Part shown: piece after piece, positions 49,855 to 58,119 of the stretch | Layout of the letters: every line of letters starts with the position of its first letter | Numbering within the stretch: the first letter of the stretch is position 1 | DNA from: Minisyncoccia bacterium | GTDB lineage: Bacteria; Patescibacteriota; Minisyncoccia; Phycocordibacterales; Phycocordibacteraceae | Length of the DNA: 64,000 bases | Reading direction: 5' to 3' | Assembly: GCA_038212075.1 (NCBI GenBank) | Contig: JBBQUV010000003.1 | Span: forward strand, 20,036 to 84,035 | The notes under the pieces: model-generated | Database searches by the model: none | Seen by the model: only the letters and a program-made list of their open reading frames with translations | What the model was told of the DNA's origin: nothing | Program-made: the position numbers and the translations under genes

Positions 49855-50957
49855 AACTAGCTCTTACCGGGAGTTCAGGTTTTATCGGATGGCACCTCAG
49901 AGTCAGGCTTCTTAGGGAGTCGGACATCACTATTGTTCCCATCGGGCGAGAGGAGTTTGCTGATGCGGCTAAACTGCAACGCATACTTTTCACGGCTGAC
50001 GCCGTCGTGCATCTTGCGGGCGGGCGTTTCAGTCAGAATGACGAGGAAGATTATACTGCCAACATGGGGCTCACGAATGCGCTTTTTGCGGCACTTCGTA
50101 CTAACGCAAAGTCGCTCCCACTCCTTTTTATGTCATCCAGAAGCGCGACGGAGAAACAAAATGGGTATGGCCGCGCGAAACGAGATGGTTCCGCGTTTGC
50201 GAAAGCATGGGGAGAAGAGACGGGTGCGCCGGTATGCGTGCTTATACCACCGAACGTAATCGGTGAATTTGCACAACCCGATCATCACACCGCGATTGCC
50301 ACATTTTGTCGGGACATCGCCGCCGGCAAAGAGTCCATCGTGAATGCAGAAGGTTCGGTAGACCTCGTTCATGCGCAAGATGTGGCGGATGAGATTATCG
50401 CCTTTCTCAGGAAGCCAGAGAGTGGCGAACGATTGATGACGGGAACGAAATTCAATGTGAAAGAGATTTACGACCTGCTGTCTGGTTTCTGGGATTCCTA
50501 CAAGCGCGACGTATTTCCAGTACTCCCAACTCTCATAGAGAAACGACTTTTTTCTATGCTCTACAGCTACGGGTTTGAAAGCCTTATCCCGCGCCCGCTT
50601 TCTCCGAAACAAGACGAGCGCGGCACGCTTGTCGAGGTCGCGCGCGCACTCTCAAGTGGGCAATCATTCATTTCAACGACGGTACCCGGTGCTATTCGGG
50701 GGGAGCATTATCACGTCCGCAAGATAGAGCGTTTCTGCGTGACGAAAGGCGAGGCAACAATCCGATTACGGAAACTCTTTGATGATAAGGTTCTGGAATA
50801 CAAGGTTTCGGGCGATACGCCCGTCTATATTGATATGCCGACGTTCTATACGCACCACATTGAGAACACGGGGGCAGGGGAGCTGACCACGTTCTTTTGG
50901 ACCAATGAATTGTACGATTCAGCTGACCCCGATACCTATCCGGAGAAAGTGCGATAA
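49851..50957 (+). CDS. Cap5F/FnlB-like reductase (SDR N-domain plus C-terminal cupin-like domain)
   Basis: LTGSSGFIG Rossmann start, 368 aa matching Cap5F size and two-domain organisation. Confidence 0.65.
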   Translation: MKLALTGSSGFIGWHLRVRLLRESDITIVPIGREEFADAAKLQRILFTADAVVHLAGGRFSQNDEEDYTANMGLTNALFAALRTNAKSLPLLFMSSRSATEKQNGYGRAKRDGSAFAKAWGEETGAPVCVLIPPNVIGEFAQPDHHTAIATFCRDIAAGKESIVNAEGSVDLVHAQDVADEIIAFLRKPESGERLMTGTKFNVKEIYDLLSGFWDSYKRDVFPVLPTLIEKRLFSMLYSYGFESLIPRPLSPKQDERGTLVEVARALSSGQSFISTTVPGAIRGEHYHVRKIERFCVTKGEATIRLRKLFDDKVLEYKVSGDTPVYIDMPTFYTHHIENTGAGELTTFFWTNELYDSADPDTYPEKVR

Positions 50958-50966
50958 TCTACCTAT

Positions 50967-52100
50967 ATGAAAAAACTCAAAGTCATGACCGTTGTGGGCA
51001 CGCGCCCCGAAATTATCAAGCTTGCAGAAGTCATGCGGGAGCTTGATCACCATACCGAGCATGTCATCGTTCACACTGGCCAGAATTACGACTACGAGCT
51101 TAATGAAGTTTTTTTTAAGGATCTCGATCTTCGTAAGCCCGACCACTTCCTTGAAGCGGCAGGAGACACTCCTTCAAAAACGGTTGCGAAAGTAATTGAA
51201 AAAATGGACGATCTTCTTGCAAGTGAAAAACCAGACGCACTGCTTATTCTCGGAGACACTAATAGTTGTATTTCTGCGTATCCTGCAAAGCGTCGCAAGA
51301 TTCCCATCTTCCATATGGAGGCGGGGAATCGGTGTTTTGATATGCGCGTTCCTGAAGAGGTGAATCGTCGTGTCGTTGATCATTTAAGCGACATCAATAT
51401 GCCGTTCAGCGAGGCCGCGCGATACAATTTGCTTCGCGAGGGGCTTCCCGCCGATCGCGTTATTAAGACCGGCTCACCAATGCGGGAGATTTACGATAAA
51501 TACCGCGCAAAGATCGCAGAATCAAAGATTCTTGAAGAGCTTTCACTTACGTCAGGCGAGTATTTCTTGCTTTCACTCCATCGCGAAGAGAATGTTGATA
51601 ATCCGGAACATTTTGAATCCCTGATGACTATCTTGCGTGAGGTAGTGAAGGAATATAAGAAACCTATTATCTTTGGTGCACACCCGCGCACGAAGAAACG
51701 TCTTGAAGCGGCGAACGCCGAACTGCCTCCTGAAGTCCGCATTGTAAAGCCATTTGGCCTTTTCGATTACGCCCATTTGGAGATGAACGCACTTTGCGTC
51801 ATGAGCGATAGTGGCACCATTCAAGAAGATTCTGCAATTCTCAATTTTCCGGCCATACAACTTCGTGAGACGCATGAACGCCTTGAAGCCACCGAGGAAG
51901 GCACGGTCATTATGGCAGGTCTTAATCCAGAGCGGGTGCTCCAAGCACTCGCGGTGGCGATTGAGCAAAAACGTGGCGACGAACGCGAACTGCGGATTCC
52001 TGCCGATTACGATGTTCCGAATGTTTCGAAAAAAATCGTACGCACTATTATTGGATACGTTGATTACGTAAAGCGCGTTGTGTGGTCAGAATCTGCGTAA
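50967..52100 (+). CDS. UDP-N-acetylglucosamine 2-epimerase (non-hydrolysing; WecB/FnlC/Cap5G)
   Basis: MKKLKVMTVVGTRPEIIKLAEV... family-wide conservation, 377 aa. Confidence 0.85.
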   Translation: MKKLKVMTVVGTRPEIIKLAEVMRELDHHTEHVIVHTGQNYDYELNEVFFKDLDLRKPDHFLEAAGDTPSKTVAKVIEKMDDLLASEKPDALLILGDTNSCISAYPAKRRKIPIFHMEAGNRCFDMRVPEEVNRRVVDHLSDINMPFSEAARYNLLREGLPADRVIKTGSPMREIYDKYRAKIAESKILEELSLTSGEYFLLSLHREENVDNPEHFESLMTILREVVKEYKKPIIFGAHPRTKKRLEAANAELPPEVRIVKPFGLFDYAHLEMNALCVMSDSGTIQEDSAILNFPAIQLRETHERLEATEEGTVIMAGLNPERVLQALAVAIEQKRGDERELRIPADYDVPNVSKKIVRTIIGYVDYVKRVVWSESA

Positions 52101-52103
52101 GCG

Positions 52104-53243
52104 TTAAGCCGAGGCGATGACGTTCGCGACGAGTTTCGCGTTTATGGTAGCGTCGTGATGTTTTGTAAATGTGCTGAACGCATTTTTAACGAGTTCTTCC
52201 GCATACGGGATGTCGGTGACTATGCGCTCGATCTCTTTCGCGAGCGTCGCAGGATCAGTCGTGGTTACGACCGCGGCAAAGCCGTCTTTTCGTGCATAGC
52301 GCACTAAATAACAATTCGGCGGCGCTTGTACGAGAATGGGACGCCCAGCAAGTAGGTATTCGGGAAGTTTCCCCGGCAGTGCTGTTTCGGTGACGATGGG
52401 ACTTTCTTTTGGCCATGAGAGAGGAACGAAGAGAATGTCCGCAGAAGCCTGCGTTTCCGGCATCTTTTCTGGCGTCCCCGTACGAAATCGTATCCGGTCA
52501 CTCTCGAATCTTTTTTTGAGCCGTTCAGGCGGAAGAGGAGTATAGACGGTAAACGTGATCGGAATAGTGGCAAGCTTCACCGCTTCGCACATTGAAACAA
52601 TGCTCTCTTCCTGTGCCCAATAAATGTTGCCAGTGAAGATGATGGAATAGGGAGCAGATGGGCGGTATGGCGTGCGAATCGCGTCGAAGCGTTCGCGCGA
52701 ATCGCTGTTCTGAATGAGGACAAATTTCGAAAGATTTCCGTAGCGACGACGGTATTCTGCGTCGATGGCGTCGTTACAAATAATGACCTTCGACGCTTGT
52801 TTTATAACGAGCCACTCAAGCACGCTTGCCCAGAGTGAATAAAAGAAGGAGAAATTGTTTCCGCGATAGATATCAAGAAAGTGCAGTACCAGCGGAACGC
52901 GGCTTATCCGCGAAAGCAAAAACCCAACGAGAAATGACGTGCCGCCATCGGTGGGTGCGTAGATGACTTCAATCTTTTCTTTTTTCATTACCCTAAGCCC
53001 GTCGCGGATCGTTTTCCAAAGCCATCGAATGCCGCCCTGTTCTTGTGGAAAAAAATAATATGTTCCCGAGAGTTTACGGTCATGGAAACGTGCATCGACT
53101 GCGTGCGGATTTGTATAGACCGCGTAGCACGCAGGATCGACGTCATCAAACAGCATGCGGAGCTGGTGCGGGGTGCCACCGACGCGGGGTGGTACGCGCG
53201 AAGAAACGAGAAGCGTTTTTCTCTCAAGCGTACGCTTACCCAT
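52104..53243 (-). CDS. Glycosyltransferase (GT4-like)
   Basis: Start at the internal ATG (MGKRTLERKTLLVSSRVPPRVGG...), which overlaps the upstream wzx stop by 8 nt. The ORF track's longer N-terminus is not used. Confidence 0.6.
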   Translation of the reverse strand: MGKRTLERKTLLVSSRVPPRVGGTPHQLRMLFDDVDPACYAVYTNPHAVDARFHDRKLSGTYYFFPQEQGGIRWLWKTIRDGLRVMKKEKIEVIYAPTDGGTSFLVGFLLSRISRVPLVLHFLDIYRGNNFSFFYSLWASVLEWLVIKQASKVIICNDAIDAEYRRRYGNLSKFVLIQNSDSRERFDAIRTPYRPSAPYSIIFTGNIYWAQEESIVSMCEAVKLATIPITFTVYTPLPPERLKKRFESDRIRFRTGTPEKMPETQASADILFVPLSWPKESPIVTETALPGKLPEYLLAGRPILVQAPPNCYLVRYARKDGFAAVVTTTDPATLAKEIERIVTDIPYAEELVKNAFSTFTKHHDATINAKLVANVIASA

Positions 53244-54519
53244 ACGTTTGTTCAGAACGGGAGCGCAAAAGTCGCCACTGCACGAAGCTGAGGATGAACG
53301 CAGAAACAGAATCGACGGCTTTCGCGATGACGACCCCATACACGCCGTAGAGCGGGATGAAGATGACAAGCGCGGCGATGTGGAGAATATCAGGAATTGC
53401 AGCGAGGTAGAGCCATGATGGCGGGATGACATGAATCTTGGCCTGAAGCGCGACCGCAAGATAGCTTGCAGGTAGCGCGATCACGAGCAGGACGGCAAGC
53501 GTTTCAGAAAGTGTCACGGCGTCAAGATATTTCGGAAAAAATATCTGGAAAGCATACGGGACGACAAAGAGGTACGCGATTGCAATAGCGACGCCGAGGC
53601 CGGCCAGAAGGAGCATGCGCTTGATAAGGAGTCCGTCGATGCTCCTCATGCTACGATTCGCGAGTTTTGGGAGCGCGAGCGCGGGAAGGTTTTTTGAATA
53701 GAGCGTCCGTATCTGGTCGACGGGAGCGAGTGCGAATGCGTAGAGCGCGACGGACACGGCGCCAAGGAGATGGAAAAGTATGACTGCATCGATATAGCCA
53801 GCGAGCTGGCCAAGGACGTTTATCACAGAAAGGTGCGTGCCGTAACGAAGTGCGTCTGGATCGTCGACCGTATTTGGCGGAAATTTCACGAGCGTGCGCA
53901 GGTGGAAGAAAAGCCGAAGTGCGATCGGAGGGAGGAAATATGCGGTAATGAGGATAAGGAGATTATCCGTGTATGACACCGTCACAAGAAGCGTCGCAAC
54001 TGACGCGACCTGCACGAAGGAGAAATAGATAATGGACTCGCGAAATTTCTTCTTACTTTGCAGGTAGACATTGTAGAGACCGAGCGCATCTACAAACGGT
54101 GTAGAGACAGCGACCACGAGAAAAGCTTCTCCAAGGAGTACATTTCCCATATACACGTAATAGAGCGCTACACCCAAAGCTCCCGCGCCGCCGATAAGTC
54201 CCCAACGAATGCGTGCGCCAAGACCAGACAAAAAAGTGCCTTCTGCGCCGCGCGCAACTGCCTGCGCGATATAGGTGTTCATACCGGACATGCCAAAGAC
54301 TGCGAGAATGCCGGCAACCGACTGTACGTATTTATAGATACCGTAGGTCTCTTTTGGAATAAGGTTAGCGAACGCTATCGCAAGTACAAAGACCGACGCT
54401 GATGCAACGAATTGGCCGAGAGCAAGCCATGACCCACCCTGTACAAGGTAGCCTATGTCAGTTTGAAAAAGACGCCCCAGATAGGACGTTTGACGGGGTT
54501 GGTTCGTTGTTGGCTCCAC
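53236..54519 (-). CDS. wzx: Polysaccharide flippase (Wzx / MOP superfamily)
   Basis: 12-14 TM helices, polysacc_synt family pattern, 427 aa. Confidence 0.75.
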   Translation of the reverse strand: MEPTTNQPRQTSYLGRLFQTDIGYLVQGGSWLALGQFVASASVFVLAIAFANLIPKETYGIYKYVQSVAGILAVFGMSGMNTYIAQAVARGAEGTFLSGLGARIRWGLIGGAGALGVALYYVYMGNVLLGEAFLVVAVSTPFVDALGLYNVYLQSKKKFRESIIYFSFVQVASVATLLVTVSYTDNLLILITAYFLPPIALRLFFHLRTLVKFPPNTVDDPDALRYGTHLSVINVLGQLAGYIDAVILFHLLGAVSVALYAFALAPVDQIRTLYSKNLPALALPKLANRSMRSIDGLLIKRMLLLAGLGVAIAIAYLFVVPYAFQIFFPKYLDAVTLSETLAVLLVIALPASYLAVALQAKIHVIPPSWLYLAAIPDILHIAALVIFIPLYGVYGVVIAKAVDSVSAFILSFVQWRLLRSRSEQTYG

Positions 54520-54577
54520 GATGTACCTACTATAACCCGTGCCCAGGCACTCTCGTTTCTGTTTCAGGGGCGAGTGG

Positions 54578-54583
54578 TATACT
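54578..54583 (+). promoter_or_regulatory. -10 hexamer TATACT, 8 nt before the ATG at 54591
   Basis: tatact ccttttc ATG. Confidence 0.35.
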
Positions 54584-54590
54584 CCTTTTC

Positions 54591-56726
54591 ATGGATGTGA
54601 GGCCAACAATGAAATGGATCATCTACGCGTGTCTCTTTGTCATACCATTTATAGTGCTGTACGTTAGTTACAGTCTCTTTTTTCCGTTTATCTCAGGGAA
54701 AGGGTTTGCGTTTCGCATTCTTGTTGAAATAGCATTTTCTGCATGGGTGGTGCTTGCACTTGCTGAACCAAAATATCGACCAAAGTTTTCGTGGACGCTC
54801 GCACTCTATGGGGCGCTTGTGGTGTGGATGTTTCTCGCCGATTCATTTGCTGTGTCGCCAATGAAAGCGTTCTGGTCAAACTTCGAACGTATGGATGGGT
54901 GGGTCACCCTCATTCATATGTTCGCATTCTTCCTTGTTGCTGGTTCGGTACTTACCGCTGACACTCTGTGGCGTAAATGGTGGATGACCTTTCTTTCAGC
55001 ATCTGCAATCGTTTCTCTCTACGGCCTCTTTCAATATCTTGGCGCTTTTCAGATTCATCAAGGAGGCGTTCGCCTTGATGCCACGCTTGGCAACGCCGCG
55101 TATCTTGGCGGGTATCTTTTGTTTGCTATTGCCGTCGCGCTCTGGCTTGCGGTTGAGTCAAAAGGTTGGGTGCGCTACACACTCTATACACTCGCTGGAT
55201 TTCACTCATTGATTCTCTTTTTTACCGCAACGCGTGGCGCGATTTTGGGAGCGATTGGCGCTGTCATGCTCGGTATCTTTTTGTGGTTGTTTGAAGCAGG
55301 GAAGAAGGGGCGTGTGGGCGGCAGTATTGCCATCGCGGTCATCCTCCTACTCGTCGGCAGTATTTTTGTATTTCGTCACACCTCCTTTATAGAACACGAT
55401 CCGACACTTTCTCGTCTTGCATCTGTTTCGCTTTCCGACGGACAAACACGTTTTGCGATTTGGAATATGGCATGGCACGGATTTGAAGCGCACCCGATGC
55501 TTGGCTGGGGTCAGGAAGGATTTAACTACATATTCAATACCTACTACGAACCTTCAATGTATGCGCAAGAGCCGTGGTTTGACCGCGCACACAATGCTTT
55601 TCTTGACTGGCTCACTGCTGGTGGCGCTCCCGCGCTTCTCTTATTTGTCGGGCTTCTTATAAGTGCGGTTGTCGCGTTCTATCGTAAAACAGTGTCGCAA
55701 GGTGAACGTATTATGCTCACCTGCGTTGTTGCCGCCTATTCCTTTCAAGCGCTCTTTATTTTCGATAACCTCTTTAGTTACATTCCTATCGCGGCCGTTC
55801 TCGCACTCGCACACAGTGCATCGGCACGTCCGTTCAAGAAACTTGAACATCTCCCTGCAGTGTCTCGCGATATTGTCGGCACGGTAGTAACTCCGGTTGC
55901 TATTGTTGGTGCCGTCGTTGTTTTGTGGTTTGTAAACGTACCCAACTTGTCTGCGGGACACGATCTTCTTCTCGCCCTCTCTCCTCAACAGAGTTATGCA
56001 GATAACCTTGCCTACTTCAAGACAGCAATCGCAGACGGTTCGTTTGCGGAGCAGGAAATTAGCGAACAAATCGTAAACTACGTCGCCGCAGTTGGAGCAC
56101 AGACACAAATTACTCCGGAACAGAAAGCGCCCCTGTATGCGTATGCGATTGAACAAATTAAGGCTGAAGAAGCTCAGCGTCCCTTGGACGCCCGCGTCTA
56201 TTTGCAAGGGTCCTTGGTGTATCGCATTGCAGGGGACATGCAGAGTGCGCTTAAACAAACTGAGGCGGCTCTTGCGTTGTCACCAGTAAAACAACAAATC
56301 TTGCTTGAACAGGGCACCATTTACTGGCAATTGGGGAATATCCCGAAAGCGCATGAAATCTATCAAAAAGCGTACGCACTTGATCACGGATTTGATGACG
56401 CCAATATCTATGCGGCGGCCGGCGAAATTCTTTTCGGAAATAGCGCCGGTGCAAAAAAAATTCTTCTTGACCACTATGCAACTACCACCGTAGACAATAC
56501 TATCTTGGTCTATGCCTACTACCAGGTGAAACAATATCCGGACATGATTTTGATACTTGAACAAAGCAATCGGAATACTGGCAGTATTGATGCTGGGTTC
56601 CACCTCGCTTCGGCGTATATGCTGGTTGGGCGCACTGGCGATGCTCGCGCGATTATCGCCAAAACAGTAGCCGCACATCCTGAAGCGGCAGGTGCTGGGC
56701 AACAACTTCTTTCTCAAATTAAATAA
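54591..56726 (+). CDS. O-antigen-ligase-domain (Wzy_C) membrane protein with C-terminal TPR repeats
   Basis: Multi-TM N-terminal region with ...TATRGAILGA... and ...RFAIWNMAWHGFEAHPMLGWGQEGF... Wzy_C loop motifs. C-terminal 250 aa TPR-like. Confidence 0.7.
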   Translation: MDVRPTMKWIIYACLFVIPFIVLYVSYSLFFPFISGKGFAFRILVEIAFSAWVVLALAEPKYRPKFSWTLALYGALVVWMFLADSFAVSPMKAFWSNFERMDGWVTLIHMFAFFLVAGSVLTADTLWRKWWMTFLSASAIVSLYGLFQYLGAFQIHQGGVRLDATLGNAAYLGGYLLFAIAVALWLAVESKGWVRYTLYTLAGFHSLILFFTATRGAILGAIGAVMLGIFLWLFEAGKKGRVGGSIAIAVILLLVGSIFVFRHTSFIEHDPTLSRLASVSLSDGQTRFAIWNMAWHGFEAHPMLGWGQEGFNYIFNTYYEPSMYAQEPWFDRAHNAFLDWLTAGGAPALLLFVGLLISAVVAFYRKTVSQGERIMLTCVVAAYSFQALFIFDNLFSYIPIAAVLALAHSASARPFKKLEHLPAVSRDIVGTVVTPVAIVGAVVVLWFVNVPNLSAGHDLLLALSPQQSYADNLAYFKTAIADGSFAEQEISEQIVNYVAAVGAQTQITPEQKAPLYAYAIEQIKAEEAQRPLDARVYLQGSLVYRIAGDMQSALKQTEAALALSPVKQQILLEQGTIYWQLGNIPKAHEIYQKAYALDHGFDDANIYAAAGEILFGNSAGAKKILLDHYATTTVDNTILVYAYYQVKQYPDMILILEQSNRNTGSIDAGFHLASAYMLVGRTGDARAIIAKTVAAHPEAAGAGQQLLSQIK

Positions 56727-57734
56727 ATGATTATTCGCGAATCTGTCCCTCTTTCAGAACTCACCACCTTTAAAATAGGAGGAGTCGCGCGGTACGTGAT
56801 TTCCTGCATGAATGATGATGATGTTCGAGAAGCGCTTCATTTTGCAAAAGACCACATGCTACCGTGGTATGTGTTTGGTGGCGGAAGTAATATTCTTGCG
56901 AGCGATACTGGGTATGAAGGCGTTGTGATTATGCTTACTGCTTCTTCGTGTTTGTTTACGGAGGAAGGAAGTGGGGTGCTGTGTGTCGCTGATGCGGGCA
57001 TGTCGTGGGACACGTTTGTGCAAACGGTTACAGAAAAAGAGTTGTGGGGTGTTGAAAATCTTGCCGGCATTCCGGGAACGGTGGGTGCCGCACCAGTGCA
57101 AAATATTGGTGCGTACGGAATCGAGCTTCAAGAAACGCTTGCGTGGGTTGACGCTATTACACCGGCAACGGGCGCATTGGTGCGCATACAAAATGCAGAG
57201 TGTGGATTTGGCTATCGCGACAGTCGCTTTAAGCACGAAACATTAATCATTGTGCGTGTCGCGCTCACTCTTTCAAAAACACCAGCACCAAAGCTCTCCT
57301 ACAAAGATCTTGCGGCACAGGTCGCCGTAGGCGTGCCCCTTTCTACTCCGGTAGAAATCGCAGAAACAGTACGGAGTATTCGCTCCAAAAAATTTCCTGA
57401 CCTTGCCGTGCTCGGCACTGCGGGCTCGTTCTTTAAAAACCCGCTTATTTCCAAAGAAGCGTTCGCTGTACTCAAAGAACAGTATCCGGATATGCCCGCA
57501 TTTCCAAGCGGCGATAAAATAAAAGTGCCCTTGGCGTGGATTCTTGACCACGTTCTTTCCTTGAAAGGGTTCGGACACGGATCGGTACGGCTTTTTGAAG
57601 CTCAACCGCTTGTCATTGTTGCCGAAGCTGGTGCGTGCGCACGCGACGTTGAAGTAGTTGCGCAAGAAGTTGCAACACAAGTATTCACCGCAACTGGCAT
57701 TACGCTTGAGTGGGAAGTGCGCAAGTTTGGATAA
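56727..57734 (+). CDS. murB: UDP-N-acetylenolpyruvoylglucosamine reductase
   Basis: FAD-binding ...TTFKIGG...VFGGGSN... motifs, 335 aa. Confidence 0.85.
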   Translation: MIIRESVPLSELTTFKIGGVARYVISCMNDDDVREALHFAKDHMLPWYVFGGGSNILASDTGYEGVVIMLTASSCLFTEEGSGVLCVADAGMSWDTFVQTVTEKELWGVENLAGIPGTVGAAPVQNIGAYGIELQETLAWVDAITPATGALVRIQNAECGFGYRDSRFKHETLIIVRVALTLSKTPAPKLSYKDLAAQVAVGVPLSTPVEIAETVRSIRSKKFPDLAVLGTAGSFFKNPLISKEAFAVLKEQYPDMPAFPSGDKIKVPLAWILDHVLSLKGFGHGSVRLFEAQPLVIVAEAGACARDVEVVAQEVATQVFTATGITLEWEVRKFG

Positions 57735-57789
57735 TTTTTTATAAAAAAGTTTTTTAAAAATAATTTTTCGCGATACTACATTTGATGAG

Positions 57790-57798
57790 TTATCCACA
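57790..57798 (+). promoter_or_regulatory. Perfect DnaA-box consensus TTATCCACA next to an AT-rich palindromic tract
   Basis: Exact 9-mer. Single occurrence here. Confidence 0.25.
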
Positions 57799-57943
57799 TC
57801 TCGCGTTTTTTTCTCACAAAAAATCTTTACACGCGCAATAATGAATAAGTGCAAGAACAATCGTGCGAAATTTTCTCAAAAAAAGTTCGCGCGAACATGG
57901 TCGACTCTATCAGTCATAGCAAACGTAATTACGTACCATCTCT

Positions 57944-58012
57944 ATGGCAAAGAAAAAGAAAGCTACGAAGAAAGTAGCAAAGAAGAAGGCTTCGAAGAAG
58001 AAGCGCAAATAG
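57944..58012 (+). CDS. 22-codon Lys/Ala-rich micro-ORF (MAKKKKATKKVAKKKASKKKRK)
   Basis: ATG...TAG read directly. Followed 6 nt later by a strong intrinsic terminator. Below the ORF-track size cutoff. Confidence 0.3.
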   Translation: MAKKKKATKKVAKKKASKKKRK

Positions 58013-58017
58013 TTTTC

Positions 58018-58046
58018 TGGAAAACGCCCCTCACGGGGCGTTTTCC
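58018..58046 (+). terminator. Rho-independent terminator (aaaacgcccc-tcac-ggggcgtttt)
   Basis: Perfect GC stem flanked by A and T tracts, so it may function in both directions. Confidence 0.75.
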
Positions 58047-58119
58047 TTTTTGGCACTCAACGGTAGTCAGTCTAGAGAGCCTGTAGCGAGCCGCCGTGTA
58101 CTGGGGTATAGTAGCGGGA

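Noticed and set aside
53244-53459. N-terminal extension of the minus-strand glycosyltransferase ORF (52104-53459)
   Set aside because: The extension (Ser/Arg-rich) overlaps the C-terminus of wzx. The internal start at 53243 gives a typical GT N-terminus with 8-nt overlap
54402-54590. Upstream extension of the Wzy_C-TPR ORF to 54402
   Set aside because: It overlaps the divergent wzx start region. A -10 TATACT at 54578-54583 positions the start at the ATG 54591 (or 54609)
57790-57798. Perfect DnaA box as evidence for oriC
   Set aside because: A single exact 9-mer is expected about 0.5 times by chance in 2x64 kb. No cluster of boxes and no dnaA/dnaN nearby. Kept only as a low-interest note
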